NCBI RefSeq assembly: GCF_006345805.1
Contig: NC_043001.1
Location: 103,478,001-103,542,000 of the forward strand
DNA: 64,000 bases
Reading direction: 5' to 3'
From: Octopus sinensis
Lineage: Eukaryota
Position numbers and translations under genes: made by a program. Positions 23,960-37,004 of this stretch are shown here, one piece after another. The notes beneath the pieces were generated by a model. It worked only from the letters and a program-made list of their open reading frames with translations. It was not told the origin of the DNA and made no database searches. How positions within the stretch are numbered: position 1 is the first letter of the stretch; every line of letters begins with the position of its first letter.

Positions 23960-24350
23960 GTCTTGGTCGTATATATATATATCGCACTCTTGTTCAAAAG
24001 TAACATAGCCACGCCGCCTGAACAAATTTGCGTTCATACAGGCAGTATCCGAAAATATCACTTTTCGAGTTCAGGATAATATCTGGATCGTGTGAGTTCT
24101 TTCAGAATGATCCTCTCCTTCAGCAAGCACACTCTGCAACTCATACACCGATTAAGATACGACCTACATCTTTTTCAGAACTCCACAGTCTATTGTATAC
24201 GACGATGCACCCAGTTTTAATCACCATATATAACTGACTAAAGATGAAACATTGCATCTTCTCTGCATCTTAGTATTTCCAATAACTGAAATTCGATAAA
24301 TTTATACAAAATTCACACTTGAACACCATAAAACGATGCGGTTTTCAACA
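23960..24350 (-). pseudogene. Penelope-like GIY-YIG endonuclease C-terminal remnant
   Basis: Frame-shifted minus-strand reading RCRSYLNRCMSCRVCLLKERIILK..IILNSKSDIFGYCLYERKF resembles the PLE C-terminal C..C..E...I....LN..SE....C.H motif. Confidence 0.55.
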
Positions 24351-24596
24351 CATCTCTAAAAGAAGATATTTTCCACATACATACATATATACATACATAC
24401 ATGCACATATTTATACACATGCTTGCATACAAACATACATGCACATAAACACAAATATGTACATATAGATGTATGTATATCTATATTCATATAGATATAC
24501 ATACATGTATGTATGTATGGATGGATGGATGTATGTATATATATATGTATATATGTATGGATGTATATATATATATGTGTGTGGTGTGTGTGTGTG

Positions 24597-24787
24597 TGTG
24601 GCTGTGTGGTAAGAAGCTTGCTTACCAACCACATGGTTCCGGGTTCAGTCCTACTGTGTGACACCTTGGGCAAGTGCCTTCTACTATAGCCTCGGACCGA
24701 CCAAAGCCTTGTGAGTGGATTTGGTAGACGGAAACTGAAAGAAGCCTGTCGTATATATATATAAATATATATATATATATAATATAT

Positions 24788-24882
<95 letters not shown>

Positions 24883-25060
24883 ATGTATGTATATGTTTGT
24901 GTGTCTGTGTTTGTCCCTCCACCATCGCGTAAGAACTGATGTTGGTGTATTTACGTCCCTATAGCTTAGCGGTTCAGCAAAACAGACCGAAAGAATGAGT
25001 ACTAGGCCAACAAAGAATATGTCCTGGCCGATTTGTTCGACTGAAACAAATAAAAGAATA
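24597..25060 (+). mobile_element. SINE family B
   Basis: Head, internal (TA)n, tail GACTGAAACAAATAAAAG. Confidence 0.9.
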
Positions 25061-25061
25061 A

Positions 25062-25135
<74 letters not shown>

Positions 25136-25234
25136 GGCCCCGGCACAGTTTCTATTCAGCAAATTTCATTCAGGTAAGCCTAATTCGGAATCTAATCTGA
25201 AGAATTAGCAGAATAATTAACCACACGCATAGTA

Positions 25235-25298
<64 letters not shown>

Positions 25299-25851
25299 TG
25301 TGTGTATATGTATATATGCTTGTATGTGTACAGATAAATTTAGTACTAAATGAAATTGTAACATAATCTGATTTGCACGTTTTATTGTTGTATTTTCATG
25401 CAATTTTACAATGTTACATATTACAATAATGCTAGTACTTTCACGCTTCCCGCCATCTTCTGGTTTATGTAATATCACCATGAAGGGATTGTTGTGTTTT
25501 ACAATTCAGAACTCTAGTAAAATGACTGGATTTATGCATTCAATACCTTCCAATAGGCTACACCAAGCTGAATCTTGCGAATACTCTTTTAACGAGTCAG
25601 CGTGCGGTTCAGTCATTAGGGTTTGATGAACACGCCAACAGAACTGCCATTGACAGCGCTTATTCAGGGAAATATCTTCATCAATTAGAGAATTCAGCAA
25701 AGGATTCGAGTTACATTCAAATGTTGAAACACACCTGATGTTACAAAGAGTTGCTCTGCTTCAAATATTTAAAAATAAATTTGATATTACTGTTAAAATT
25801 CTTACAATTTTTAAAGGTAAATTAAATTATAGTCGATATTTATGTTCCTAT

Positions 25852-25972
25852 CTTCATCGCCATCATCATCAATCATCATCATCATCATCATCATCATCAC
25901 CATCACCATCACCATCATCATCATCATCATCATCATCTTCACCACCACCACCACACCACCACCACCACCACC

Positions 25973-26016
<44 letters not shown>

Positions 26017-26068
26017 CATCACTATCATTATCATCATCATCAGCATCATCAGCATCCTTATTATTATA
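25852..26068. repeat. (CAT)n/(CAC)n microsatellite
   Basis: Directly visible. Confidence 0.95.
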
Positions 26069-26140
26069 GGACATGCCATCAAAGTGACACTGGAGTACAG
26101 ATATACGAAGCCTAATACACCCATCATGACTACCCGTCAT
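26069..26140 (-). mobile_element. Truncated 3' fragment of the (TAA)n-associated element E
   Basis: CATGCCATCAAAGTGACACTGG...TACGAAGCC...CCCATCATGACTACCCGTC matches 36360-36430 and the reverse complement of 51900-51970. Confidence 0.8.
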
Positions 26141-26276
26141 GAATAATAAAATTGTGCTGTACAAATGTATAGAGTAACTCATGAAATTATTGTAAAATGA
26201 TTTTTACTATAACTGAACATAAAAACAAACAATGTATACATACATACATACATACATACATACATACATACATACA

Positions 26277-26312
<36 letters not shown>

Positions 26313-26516
26313 TATGTATATGTATATATAATTTTCAAAAATTGCACAGAAGAACGACAAAGGAAGACATGGAAAACCCACTCACAAGACATGGATGTGC
26401 TCTTCCCTCGTCAGTTAGTCAATAATTGTCCAAAATTATATATAATCACAAACACACACACACACACACCCACACAAACTCAAACACACCGCAGATACAT
26501 ACATACATCTGTGTTC

Positions 26517-26552
26517 CTTTCTGTCGAAGAGCGTCGGCTCGAAACGTAAAAT
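26517..26552 (+). ncRNA. Minimal hammerhead-like motif with CTGTNGA core variant
   Basis: CTTT-CTGTCGA-a-GAGC/GCTC-GAAA-CGTA-AAA; homologue at 53283-53318(-). Confidence 0.55.
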
Positions 26553-27283
26553 ACTTTTTCACATCCCGAACGATAAACTACTACATCTGGTTGTTGTTTA
26601 CACACCCGCCTTCGTCTTTTGTTTTTGTTTTTGTAAATTCTCACTATATATATATATACACATACATGCGTGTCTATATATGTGTATTTATGTCAATATA
26701 ACACATATGCATGTGAGTGTGTGCGTGCGTGTGTGCGTGTGATGTACGTGTGTGTGTGTGTGTGTGTGTGTTTGTGTGCAAATACACACGCATACAGATA
26801 TTTACTCCATTCCTCAAAGCCAATATCTCAACAAGAAGCGGGAATTCTACAGTTTCATATCAACGACAACCAAAATAATTATTGATGACATTGGAACATG
26901 CGAAGTTCAAAGTTTACAAAAAGCTGCCCTCCCGGCACAAATCGCCAATTCTCGGCTCCGAACCAATCTCTTTCCTCACCGTTACCAACGTGACTCCATT
27001 ACTTTCTGCTTTCCTCATTCTCGCTTTCTTGAGAACTATTTTTTATTTTCATTTCTCTTCTTTACACTTCTTTGTTTGTTTGTTTGTTTGTTTGTTTGTT
27101 TCTTTCTTTGTTTGTTTCTTTCTTTGTTTCTTTGTTTGTTTGTTTCTTTCTTTCTTTCTTTCCTTCCTCTCCCCCTTTTCCCTCCCTTATTCTTTGACCA
27201 TATTTTAGCATTTTTGTTCTCTTACGAAAACACTATTCTTGATTTAGTTTTCCCCCTCCTTGTATCTCTTTTTCAACCCGCTC

Positions 27284-27785
27284 ACCCATCCATCCATCCA
27301 TCCATCCATCAACCCGCCCGTTCGTCCGTCCGACCGTCCATCCATCCATCTATCCATCCATTTTCCACCCACCCATCTATTCATCCATTCATCCATCTAT
27401 CCATACACCCATCCATCCAACCAGCGAGTCAGTTATACAACCACCCACACATCCATCTATCCATCCATTAATACAACCCACCCACGTACCCATCCATCCA
27501 TCCAACCATCCACCCATCCATCAATCCACCCATCCACCCATCCATCCATCCATCCATCCATCCAACCAACCATCCACCCATCTATCCATCCATCCATCCA
27601 TCCATCCATCCATCTAGCCAGCCAGCCAGCCATCCAGCCATCCAGCCAGCCAGCCATACAACCACCCATCCACGCACCAATCTATCTATCCATCCACCCA
27701 TACATACACCCACCCACCCATCCATCCATTCATCCATCCATCCACCCAGCCAGCCAGCCATCCACCCCGCCACCCAACCAGCCAG
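27284..27785. repeat. (CCAT)n/(CCAG)n microsatellite
   Basis: Directly visible. Confidence 0.95.
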
Positions 27786-28439
27786 TATATACGTACACGT
27801 ACATGCGGGCATGTTTGTAACCGTATATATGCATCTGATCTATTTTCCCCGCTCCCCGCCGTCCACATCTCTCTCGCTGTCTCACTCCACTGTTCACACT
27901 TACCGTTTCTCTTACACACATACACGTGTGCACACGCAAACACTAACGCACGCATACACACACATTCTAACACGTATAAACATATAAGGGGGATGAGCTT
28001 AAGAATGGGACGGTCGCAGGGAGGAAGTCCAAATCCTGGATTGCTAGTTTGTTACATGCGCGCCGAAGTGCGACTCATGGGTCGGGTTATTATATATAGA
28101 CGAAAGCGCGACCAGACGGTTAAGAAGTTCTCCCTAAAATCCTTCGTTTCCTGGTTCGAATAAACTTCTCGGTGCCTTGCACATCTACCACCTACGTTAA
28201 CCTCAGGTTAATAAACACTTTGGAAATGGCATTTGGCACAAAGAGACTATGAATACGAATTTTCGGTTGAGAAGCTGATGTTGGTATCCATACGCGACTC
28301 GCTATACGCGACTCGCCAATTTAGCTGCTTGACAAATAGAATAAAATTATTACTGCAATTAAACACTGCAGTCGATATGATTGGCTAAAACACTACAGTT
28401 CAGTTATGGAGACATGGAAAATGCCTGCATGCAAACGTA

Positions 28440-28660
28440 GATTAGATAAACAGATAAATAGACAGCTAGATAGATAGAGACAGAGCGATAAATAGACAGA
28501 TAGATAAATAAATAAATAAATAAATAGATAGATAGATAAATAAATATATAGATAGATAAATAGATAGATAGATAAACAGACAGATTAATAAGTAGATAAA
28601 TAGATAGATAGATAATTAGATAGATAAATAAGTAGATAGATAGATAGATAAATAGATTGA
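28440..28660. repeat. (GATA)n-like microsatellite
   Basis: Directly visible. Confidence 0.9.
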
Positions 28661-29274
28661 TAGAGGTAAACTTTAGACCCCATTTGTGTTTTCTCTCTCT
28701 CTCACACACACACACTCTTTCTCTCTTTCACACACACACACACACACACACACTCACTCTCTGTCTGTCTGTCTGTCTCTCTTTTTCTCTCTCTGGATTA
28801 TGAATATTTAACCGAGTGAATGTCCAATACAGTAACAATGAATTTGGAAACGGCGTATTCTTTTTTTCTATCTTTTCTCCTGTCAATTGCAACAGATTTG
28901 ATTTAAATTTGTCTGACGCCCGTTTCTGCTGCAAAGACATCCATCAACTTCACTTGCACCCAGTTACTTGCAGCTAATCATTTGTCTATGTACCTTTGTT
29001 CAAAGTCCACCCATTGACCTGGACTGAAGCGTGCTAAGTATATGGAGTTGTGGCTAGAGATATATTTGGTTGTTCAGTACAGTTTTGGAGTGGAAAGACT
29101 GTGAGGGGAAGGTTTCGTAAAGATTGCTATGGATGACCCTCAGCTGACCTAAGGCTTGAATTTCCAGGTGAGATTAGTTGGACTCTGATTATTTCAGATT
29201 GTATTAAAAAAGCCCTAATATTAAGTAGAATGGGAATTGGTGAATTTAGATATTTACTATTTTTTTAAATTCTT

Positions 29275-29680
29275 TTTTTTACTTGTTTCAGTCATTTGAC
29301 TTCGACCATGCTGGAGCACCGCCTTTAGTCGAGGAAATCGACACCAGGACTTATTCTTTGTAAGCTTAGTACTTATTCTATCGGATCTCTTTTGCTGAAC
29401 CGCTAAGTTGCGGGGACGTAAACACACCAGCATCGGTTGTCAAGCGTTGTTGGGTGGGTGGGCTAAACACACACACAAATATATATGTATGTACATATAT
29501 ACGACTGGCTTCTATCAATTTCCGTCTACCAAATCCACTCACAAGGTTTTGGTCGGCCCGAGGCTATAGCAGAAGACACTTGCCCAAGGTGCCACAGAAT
29601 GGGACTGAACCCGGAACAATGTGGTTGGTAAGCAAGTTACTTACCACACAGCCATAGTTATGACTGAAACAAGTAAAAAA
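29275..29680 (-). mobile_element. SINE family B with an inverted copy of its 3' terminus at the 5' end
   Basis: TTTTTTACTTGTTTCAGTCAT (29275-29295) vs ATGACTGAAACAAGTAAAAAA (29660-29680). Confidence 0.88.
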
Positions 29681-30276
29681 TAAAAAATAAACCTATATCC
29701 AAGTTAATTATTTAATTAACATCCTGTATTAATTTTCTCAAAGTCTCGGCTCTCTATTTCCGCGACACTCAGAAGAGACACAACGTTCGAAAGAATTTCT
29801 TAAATCTTCCTCTCTTCATTGAGTCATAGATACATCAGAAATCTCACGGATAAATATACATTGCTCGTAGCAAATTAGTTCCACTGTGGATTTACAACAT
29901 GAATTTTTAATCCTATCAAGAGAATTAGGCTTAATCTAAGCGATTTACGTCGGACGAGTAGCGACGAACGGAAATTGGTTCCGATAAACAATAAATAATA
30001 AACTTTGGCAATCTTTAGTAAAAATGAGCCACTTTATATCCAAAGACATGTACACTATCACTCATAAATCATTCTATAAGATAACTAGTAAATAGCTACT
30101 GTAATACCAAAGAATATAACTGGTACTGACGCACGTGCCCACATCACCTCTACGTAGTTACTGCACAGACTGCTAGAATATTCTTTCTCACGTCGAGTTT
30201 TTCTAAATACAACTCTCTCTCGAATCGGCCTCTATATATGGTCTAGAATATTTAATACTTGGTTAATAGTGGCATT

Positions 30277-30806
30277 GAAGGCGCGTGGCTTAGTGGTTAG
30301 GGCATTCGACTCACGATCGGAAGGTCGTGAAAGGCGGCGAGCTGGCAGAAACGTTAGCACACCGGGCGAAATGCTTAGCGGTATTTCGTCTGCCGCTACG
30401 TTCTGGGTTCAAAATCCGCCGAGGTCGATTTCGCCTTTCATCCTTTCGGAGTCGATAAATTAAGTACCAGTTGCATACTGGGGTCGAACTGATCGAATGG
30501 CTCCTCCCCCAAAATTTCGAGTCTTGTGCCTAGAGTAGAAAAGGATGGTAAGGTCGTGAGTTTAGTTCCCAGTGACACGTTGTGTCCTTGAGCAAGACAC
30601 TTTATTTCACAGTGCTTCCATCCCCTCAGCTGGCAAAAATGAGTTGTACCTGCAATTAAAAGGGCCAGCCTTGTCAGATTCTGTGACACACTGAATCTCC
30701 CTGAGAACTACATAAGGGGTACACGTGTCTGTGGAGTGCTCAGCCACTTGCACGTTAATTTCACGAGCAAGTTGTTCCGTTGATCGTCGTAACCGACGGA
30801 GTGCTC
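30277..30806 (+). mobile_element. SINE family C interrupted by a SINE-A (30331-30543)
   Basis: tRNA head GGCGCGTGGCTTAGTGGTTAG; 16-bp TSD GATCGGAAGGTCGTGA / GATGGTAAGGTCGTGA. Confidence 0.92.
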
Positions 30807-31034
30807 CTTAATAGTTGTATTAGGGGCTCATATCTGTACTGCTAATGTTAATAAATTTGATTATATTAACATAAACCACATGTTACAGAGTCGATGGTAT
30901 CCAGCGATCATTGGCGTCTAGACAGAAATGGAAAATGATCTCTAGCAGACACCTCATAATGAATATCTTTCGGAGTATCAGAGATAGAAGCAGTTTAAAA
31001 AATTCTAATAATGATATGTGGATAAGAGTACAAT

Positions 31035-31399
31035 TACTCTGCCACAAGGCCGGCAATTTCGACCTTAGTGTTTCACTGGTACTTATTTTATCGACCTCGA
31101 AAGGATGAATGGCACAATCGACCTAGGAGGAAATTTGAACGTAGAACGTAAACGGATGAAATACCTATTTCTTTGCTACCCATAAGGGGCTAAACACAGA
31201 GAGGACAAACAAGGACAGACAAACGGATTAAGTCGATTATATCGACTCCAGTGCGTAACTGGTGCTTAATTTATCGAGACCGAAAGGATGAAAGGCAAAG
31301 TCGACCTCGGCGGAATTTGGACATAGAACGTAACGGCAGACGAAATACGGCTACGCATTTCGCCCGGTGTGCTAACGATTCTGCCAGCTCGCCGCCTTT
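31035..31399 (-). mobile_element. SINE family A dimer (head-body-alternative tail-body)
   Basis: Same junction AAAGAAATA|GGTATTTC as in 9665-10149. Confidence 0.88.
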
Positions 31400-33785
31400 A
31401 CTGCACATATCATTGATAGCTGTAACAAGTCAAGATTTGTCTGGTGCATAAAAACCAAACAGTAAAGTCAATGTTAAGATATTTCATGCGGTGAATCAGG
31501 AAGTTTTAATAAAAATGATGCCTTTCGTGGAGAGAAATAATATCAACTTTAGGCAAAAAAAAAAAAAAAAGGAAGAGAGCGTAACAACCCTGAAATATAA
31601 ATTTAACCCTACCATTTTCGATCCACTACGGAAAGAAACCCCAGCAGTAATACTGGGATTATAGTCTACCTACTTATCCACTCTCGGGTTACTTGAGGGC
31701 TGGACCTGGTGTCTCATGATTAATCATGGCCATCGATACCTTGACGGAGGTTGATCTCAGTACTCAAAGAGCCAGACGTGATACCGCAAGACAATTCGTC
31801 CGATGTTCAAACGATTCAGCCGATCCATAAGCCTGAAATGATTCATTATTTATCGACACCGAAAGGTTTAAATACAAGACTGATTTAAATGGGATTTGAA
31901 TTCACATGTTCGAGAGTCAGGACAAATACTTCAATGCATTCTAACCGACACTCTAACGACTCTGTTGGTTCATCACCGAAAAATATAAATTAATGGACAT
32001 TAATTAAACAATCAGAATGCCGATAATATAACACGGAGCGAGTCTGATCTTTGTATTAAATGACCTAGTCCAGTGATGTTTCCGTCCTATTACGTCCTCC
32101 TCATGATGTCTAATATTTACTTCGAAACAAAGACCACAATAAAGATGTAGAAACTTTTTTATGCATATACATAAAGTGGGTAACTTGAAATGCTCGCTTT
32201 ATCCCATAATTCACAGCGATTACGCCTCCTCCCTCTACTTCCTGGTCTCTTCAATTTTCCATTCCTGCGGATCATTACTGGAAGGCAACCTTATTCTGTC
32301 GAAGGCTTTATAAAACGTCGGTTTCTCTTGCAATTTCCACGGCGACTGCTCTTCTACATTTACACTGGTTACACCATCCTCTTGATGATGGCAATCGATG
32401 TGTTCTGACTCCCCAAAGAAATATTGCCATGCTCCTGATTTCCTGCTTAAATCTCACTTGAATCAACATACACCTCTCTTGAGAAATGTCCTTATAGTGT
32501 AAGAAAAACAATGCATCCAGTCTCCACTGAAGATTAATATCTGATGAGAATCAAAAACTGAGTCGTAAATATTTATTCAATGGTAAACACGACATCTGAT
32601 AAATGCATGCATTACTAACTCTTAGAAACGTCTTGAAGCCATCATTATATTTCAAATCTTTATATCGTGTAAACATATACAAACATGCGAACAAAAATAT
32701 ACACATGTATAACTATGTGTATGTATTCAAAACAGAGATAATAAAGCAGAAAATTTGCTATCAGGCCCTACGGTGGTTACAAATGAAATTTTAAACCGTT
32801 CAAGCTGTCTTGTTAATTATTTTTCATCTCATTTCACTGCGAGATTAAAAGTTGAAATTATACAAACAATAGAAGCAAATTAATTTAATATTTCGCCCAA
32901 GTTGTTTGTCTTTCAAATCAAGTAGTTTTGTTTGTCTTTCAAATCAAGTGCTATCGATTCAGTACTTGAATTACAAGCAGTGAAGTAGATGTACCAATTT
33001 TTGTAAAAAACCGTAATATAGAACTTGAACTGTTTCGCCCGGAGAAGTTTGTCAATGGTGGAAAATTTAAATTACAAATAAAATCAAAACAGATTTTTAA
33101 CCGAAAGAAAATATTGTTCGTTAATAAAAAAATAAATATCCACGCTTTGAGTTGAAATACGATCTTATAATTTCCTACAAAAGACTAAAAATAAATTTTA
33201 ATCTGTAGTTGCCAGGTTGTGGTTGAAATTGTTTTTTTCCGCATTTATTTCTGAATTGAGAAACCGAGAACAAAATTGTGAAAATGTGAACTTGATGTAG
33301 GAAATAGGAAGGATATATTATATGTGTCTCTTTTTTTTTTTATTTGAAATGAATTTAAAAGAAAAGGAAAAAGGAAGAAGACGGGAATGTTTATTTGAAG
33401 TAAAACTGATTGATTATGTCAGATATATTACAGTAACAAACAGATATCCATGAATGTTACGGGAATATAATATCCTAGATAATAAAAATGATGTCTGCAC
33501 GAAGTACATGGGTCATAAAGCTAGTTTGCAGAAGCGAGTATATTTTATATCGACCCTTCTAGCCCGTAAACAGAAGAAAAACTCAATTGACTGTGCATCT
33601 GGATAGAGAATTGGTCGTTTGGTTTGGCAATATTAGGCGGTATACTAGCATCGTCATCACACGGGAGACAATGGATGCTACACAGACTTCAAATGTTGAG
33701 TCTGTCCAACGTCATTCTCGACGAGAACAACTTCGTTCGATGAAAATGAAGTCGTCTAAGAATTGAATCGTTCTTTTATCTAGTA

Positions 33786-34169
33786 CTAGCAGTATTGCAC
33801 GGGTTTGTTTCGACCCTTTAGAATTGAAATTTTTGAAAAGCAAAAGTTTTGCATTATGTAGCTTGTTATTCTCTTTAAGTGAACATTTTTCTGGTTGAAA
33901 TACACCGAAAAATGTCGACACAGCAGTCAAACAATCGTAAAAAATAGGGATTTTCATAGAAAAAAAGCACGCTTTTTATGTAAATAATTTTTGGTGTTAA
34001 CATGGTTCGATTTGAATTTTATCTTCTACGAAAGGAAGAGCAAGCCTTCTTCTATCATACTTTCAATTTTGGTCAACTTGCGCCGCAGGGTCTCGGAGGA
34101 GATAGTGTTAGTTGAAGGATACCAAACCTGCCATACACAGACAACTTCAGCTTTATATATATAGAGAGA
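33786..34169 (-). mobile_element. Non-autonomous Helitron (second copy)
   Basis: Reverse complement of 13567-13950; A|TC start, CTAG|T end; hairpin partly deleted. Confidence 0.85.
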
Positions 34170-34535
34170 TTTATTTCAGTCATTAGGTTGTGGCCATACT
34201 AGAGCATCGTCTTGAAGTATTTTTAGTCGAATGAATCGGACCCTAGTACTTATTTTTTTCAAAGCCTGCTACCTATGCCATTGCTCTCTTTTGTTCAACT
34301 GCTAAGTTACAGGGACGTAAATAAACCAAGTACGGCCGTCAAACGGTAGTGGGGGACAAATATAAGCACACTTATAATGACGGGCTTCTTTCAATTTCCA
34401 TCTAACAAATTCACTCACAAGGCTTTGGTCGATTCGAGTCTGTAGTACAAAACACTTTCCCAAGCTGCCATGCAGTGGGACTGAACCCATATGGCTGGGA
34501 AGCCAGCTTCTTACCACACAGCCACGCCAGCGCCT
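34170..34535 (-). mobile_element. SINE family B
   Basis: Shared motifs with the other copies. Confidence 0.85.
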
Positions 34536-35957
34536 ATATTAGGAATATTCTTTTCGTAAGTTAATGAGAGGGGGACAGGAAGTGCTCTTCATTGAGATTA
34601 ATGTGGTTGATATTCGTAGGACAAGGAAGAGCATGAGTCGTGGCAGAATTCCAGAAGATTGCATTTATAGAGAAAAACTGGCGGAAATGTTTAGAGCAGG
34701 CTCTAAAGACAGAGGAAAATGTATAAGAGACGGTTGAGTCCGGTGGGCCCCCTGGACGTAAGTGGCGAGTGTATACAGCTAATTCTGAGGAACAGAGATA
34801 TGTGTGGAACTTCCTATGAGTAGAGAATAACTCTTCCGTTAGGTTTTCGGTCAGAATATGTCCACTTGCATTAGTTATTGCAAATGGTTATTCCAGATGC
34901 TATTTCAAATGGTTATTCCAAATTTAAGGTTAAGAAATACTATATTTCACTGCGAAATACAATAAATATTTTTGTAGCTAAGTTCGCCGCAACTCAGCAA
35001 GTGAAAATCATTTTGCTTAGCAATATACATTAATCCTGGCACAATTAACAGCAGTTCCTATCAACAAAGGCACAGCTGCATTTTAACCAATGTTTAAGTA
35101 TCACGCAGGGTTGTTGGCTTCTAACATTCGCAAGAAGACTATATAAGACCAATCTAAAGCAGAGGCAATACATTTTCGGCTGAGCAGATGGCAGCAACGG
35201 CAAATGAAGTACATTGTTAGAGATACAAAGCCCCACCTGGTCTGGAAAGATTTAAACCAGCGACCAGACGATCGAGAGTTCAATCGTCAAAAGAAAACGA
35301 CATGCGTCGCCATTGTCTCTAATACAATCTAATCATTATGGATTCTTCAGTAAAACTGTGACACTCGAGAATTTCTCCATTTGCACTTGTAAAATTCTTG
35401 TAGAATAGAGAAAACTATAAAGATAGAAACAAGCAAAAAGATTCCCCTTGAAATTTTAATTTAAGTTTGTAATAAACTCATTTCAAAGGTTGAGATGAAA
35501 GAAAAACTTGTTTCTTCCTCTCGACAAAGTATTAAGAATTAATTGTGAAGTGTTTAAATAATTCACTTTAGTTTATGTTATAAGTAAAATGACTCTTGGA
35601 ACGATGATGGCGGAAAAAAAAAATTAAATTAAGAAAGAAAATACGTCTTGTAATTTGTCGTCGAGGTGAATAAGAAAAACCGATGATTATTTTCGAGTGC
35701 TTCAGTTTATTACTTTTATTTTATTATCTCACCTTAATTAAGATTGTGAGCTGGAAAAATAGTTAGAAGGATCGAAAAATGCTCTGTTAGAATTCTTCCG
35801 GCTCTTTAAGTTCTGATTTCAAAGCCCGTCGCAAATTTGAACTTTGCCGTTTACCATTTCGCAGATGATAAAAGTAATAAACTAGTCAAGCGCTAGAATC
35901 GAGGGAATCGGATAATACCCAATCCCAGTTATTGGCTATATGGATAACTTAAAATGG

Positions 35958-35994
35958 ATTATTATTATTATTATTATTATTATTATTGTTGTTG

Positions 35995-36080
<86 letters not shown>
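35958..36080. repeat. (TTA)n microsatellite
   Basis: Directly visible. Confidence 0.95.
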
Positions 36081-36082
<2 letters not shown>

Positions 36083-36240
36083 GGCGGTGAGCTGGCAGAA
36101 TCGGTAGCACGCCGGGTAAGGTGCTTAGCGGTATTTCATCTGCCGCTACGTTCTGAGTTCATATTCAGCCGAGGTCGGCTTTGCCTTTCATCTTTTCGGG
36201 GTCCCCCCAAATCTCAGATCTTGAGCCTTTAATAGGATGG
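36081..36240 (+). mobile_element. SINE family A, internally deleted
   Basis: Head and core present; the GATAAATTAAGTACCAG segment is missing. Confidence 0.85.
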
Positions 36241-36272
<32 letters not shown>

Positions 36273-36273
<1 letters not shown>

Positions 36274-36280
36274 GAGTGAA

Positions 36281-36356
<76 letters not shown>

Positions 36357-36890
36357 CCAGTGCATACCATCAAAGTGACATCGGGGTAAAATATTCGAAG
36401 CCCAGTATACCCATCATAACTACCCGTCTGATAAGGGTACGCCAGGCACATGCATCAAACCATATGTGCACGACATGGTGATTTCATATCAAGATTAACA
36501 GTACATGACCTTGCAGGTGGGACCCAGATAGAATTTTCTTCAGGTCGAGTAGCTCATCCTGCTCAAAATGTTCTTGAATAAGGGTTGTTTAAGGATTACC
36601 GAAACACCTATGTTTCCAAAGGTGAATTATCCAAACCTACAAGAATTCCTTTCAACATATGGCTATGATGCTCCCCCACTACTTCTGCTCGTGATCAGAG
36701 ATGCGCATATCGTCAGCCACTAAGGGACATGCTCAACTGGTTAAGGTCAAACAACTGACAAGCAAATCTGTGGTATTTGCTGCAACCCATCTTTTATACC
36801 AAGACAAACAACGTACATGATAACACTTCCAATCAGTTAAGATCAGAAGCCATGAGAGCCACTGCCTACTACTACATCAGGACATTTATT
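36273..36890 (-). mobile_element. Non-coding interspersed element E, flanked by (TTA)n
   Basis: Reverse-complement homologue of 51426-51984; no long ORF, TIR or tRNA head seen. Confidence 0.85.
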
Positions 36891-36892
36891 AC

Positions 36893-36947
<55 letters not shown>

Positions 36948-36954
36948 TATCATT

Positions 36955-36987
<33 letters not shown>

Positions 36988-37004
36988 TTTATTATTATTG
37001 TTAT

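Noticed and set aside
30277-30350. tRNA genes at tRNA-like heads (also ~8500-8570, ~42180-42250, ~56000-56060)
   Set aside because: They continue into SINE cores and lack a full cloverleaf and T-run terminator
32520-32570. CTGAAGA/CTGATGA cluster as a hammerhead
   Set aside because: GAAA is replaced and stem I does not pair; at best a decayed relic
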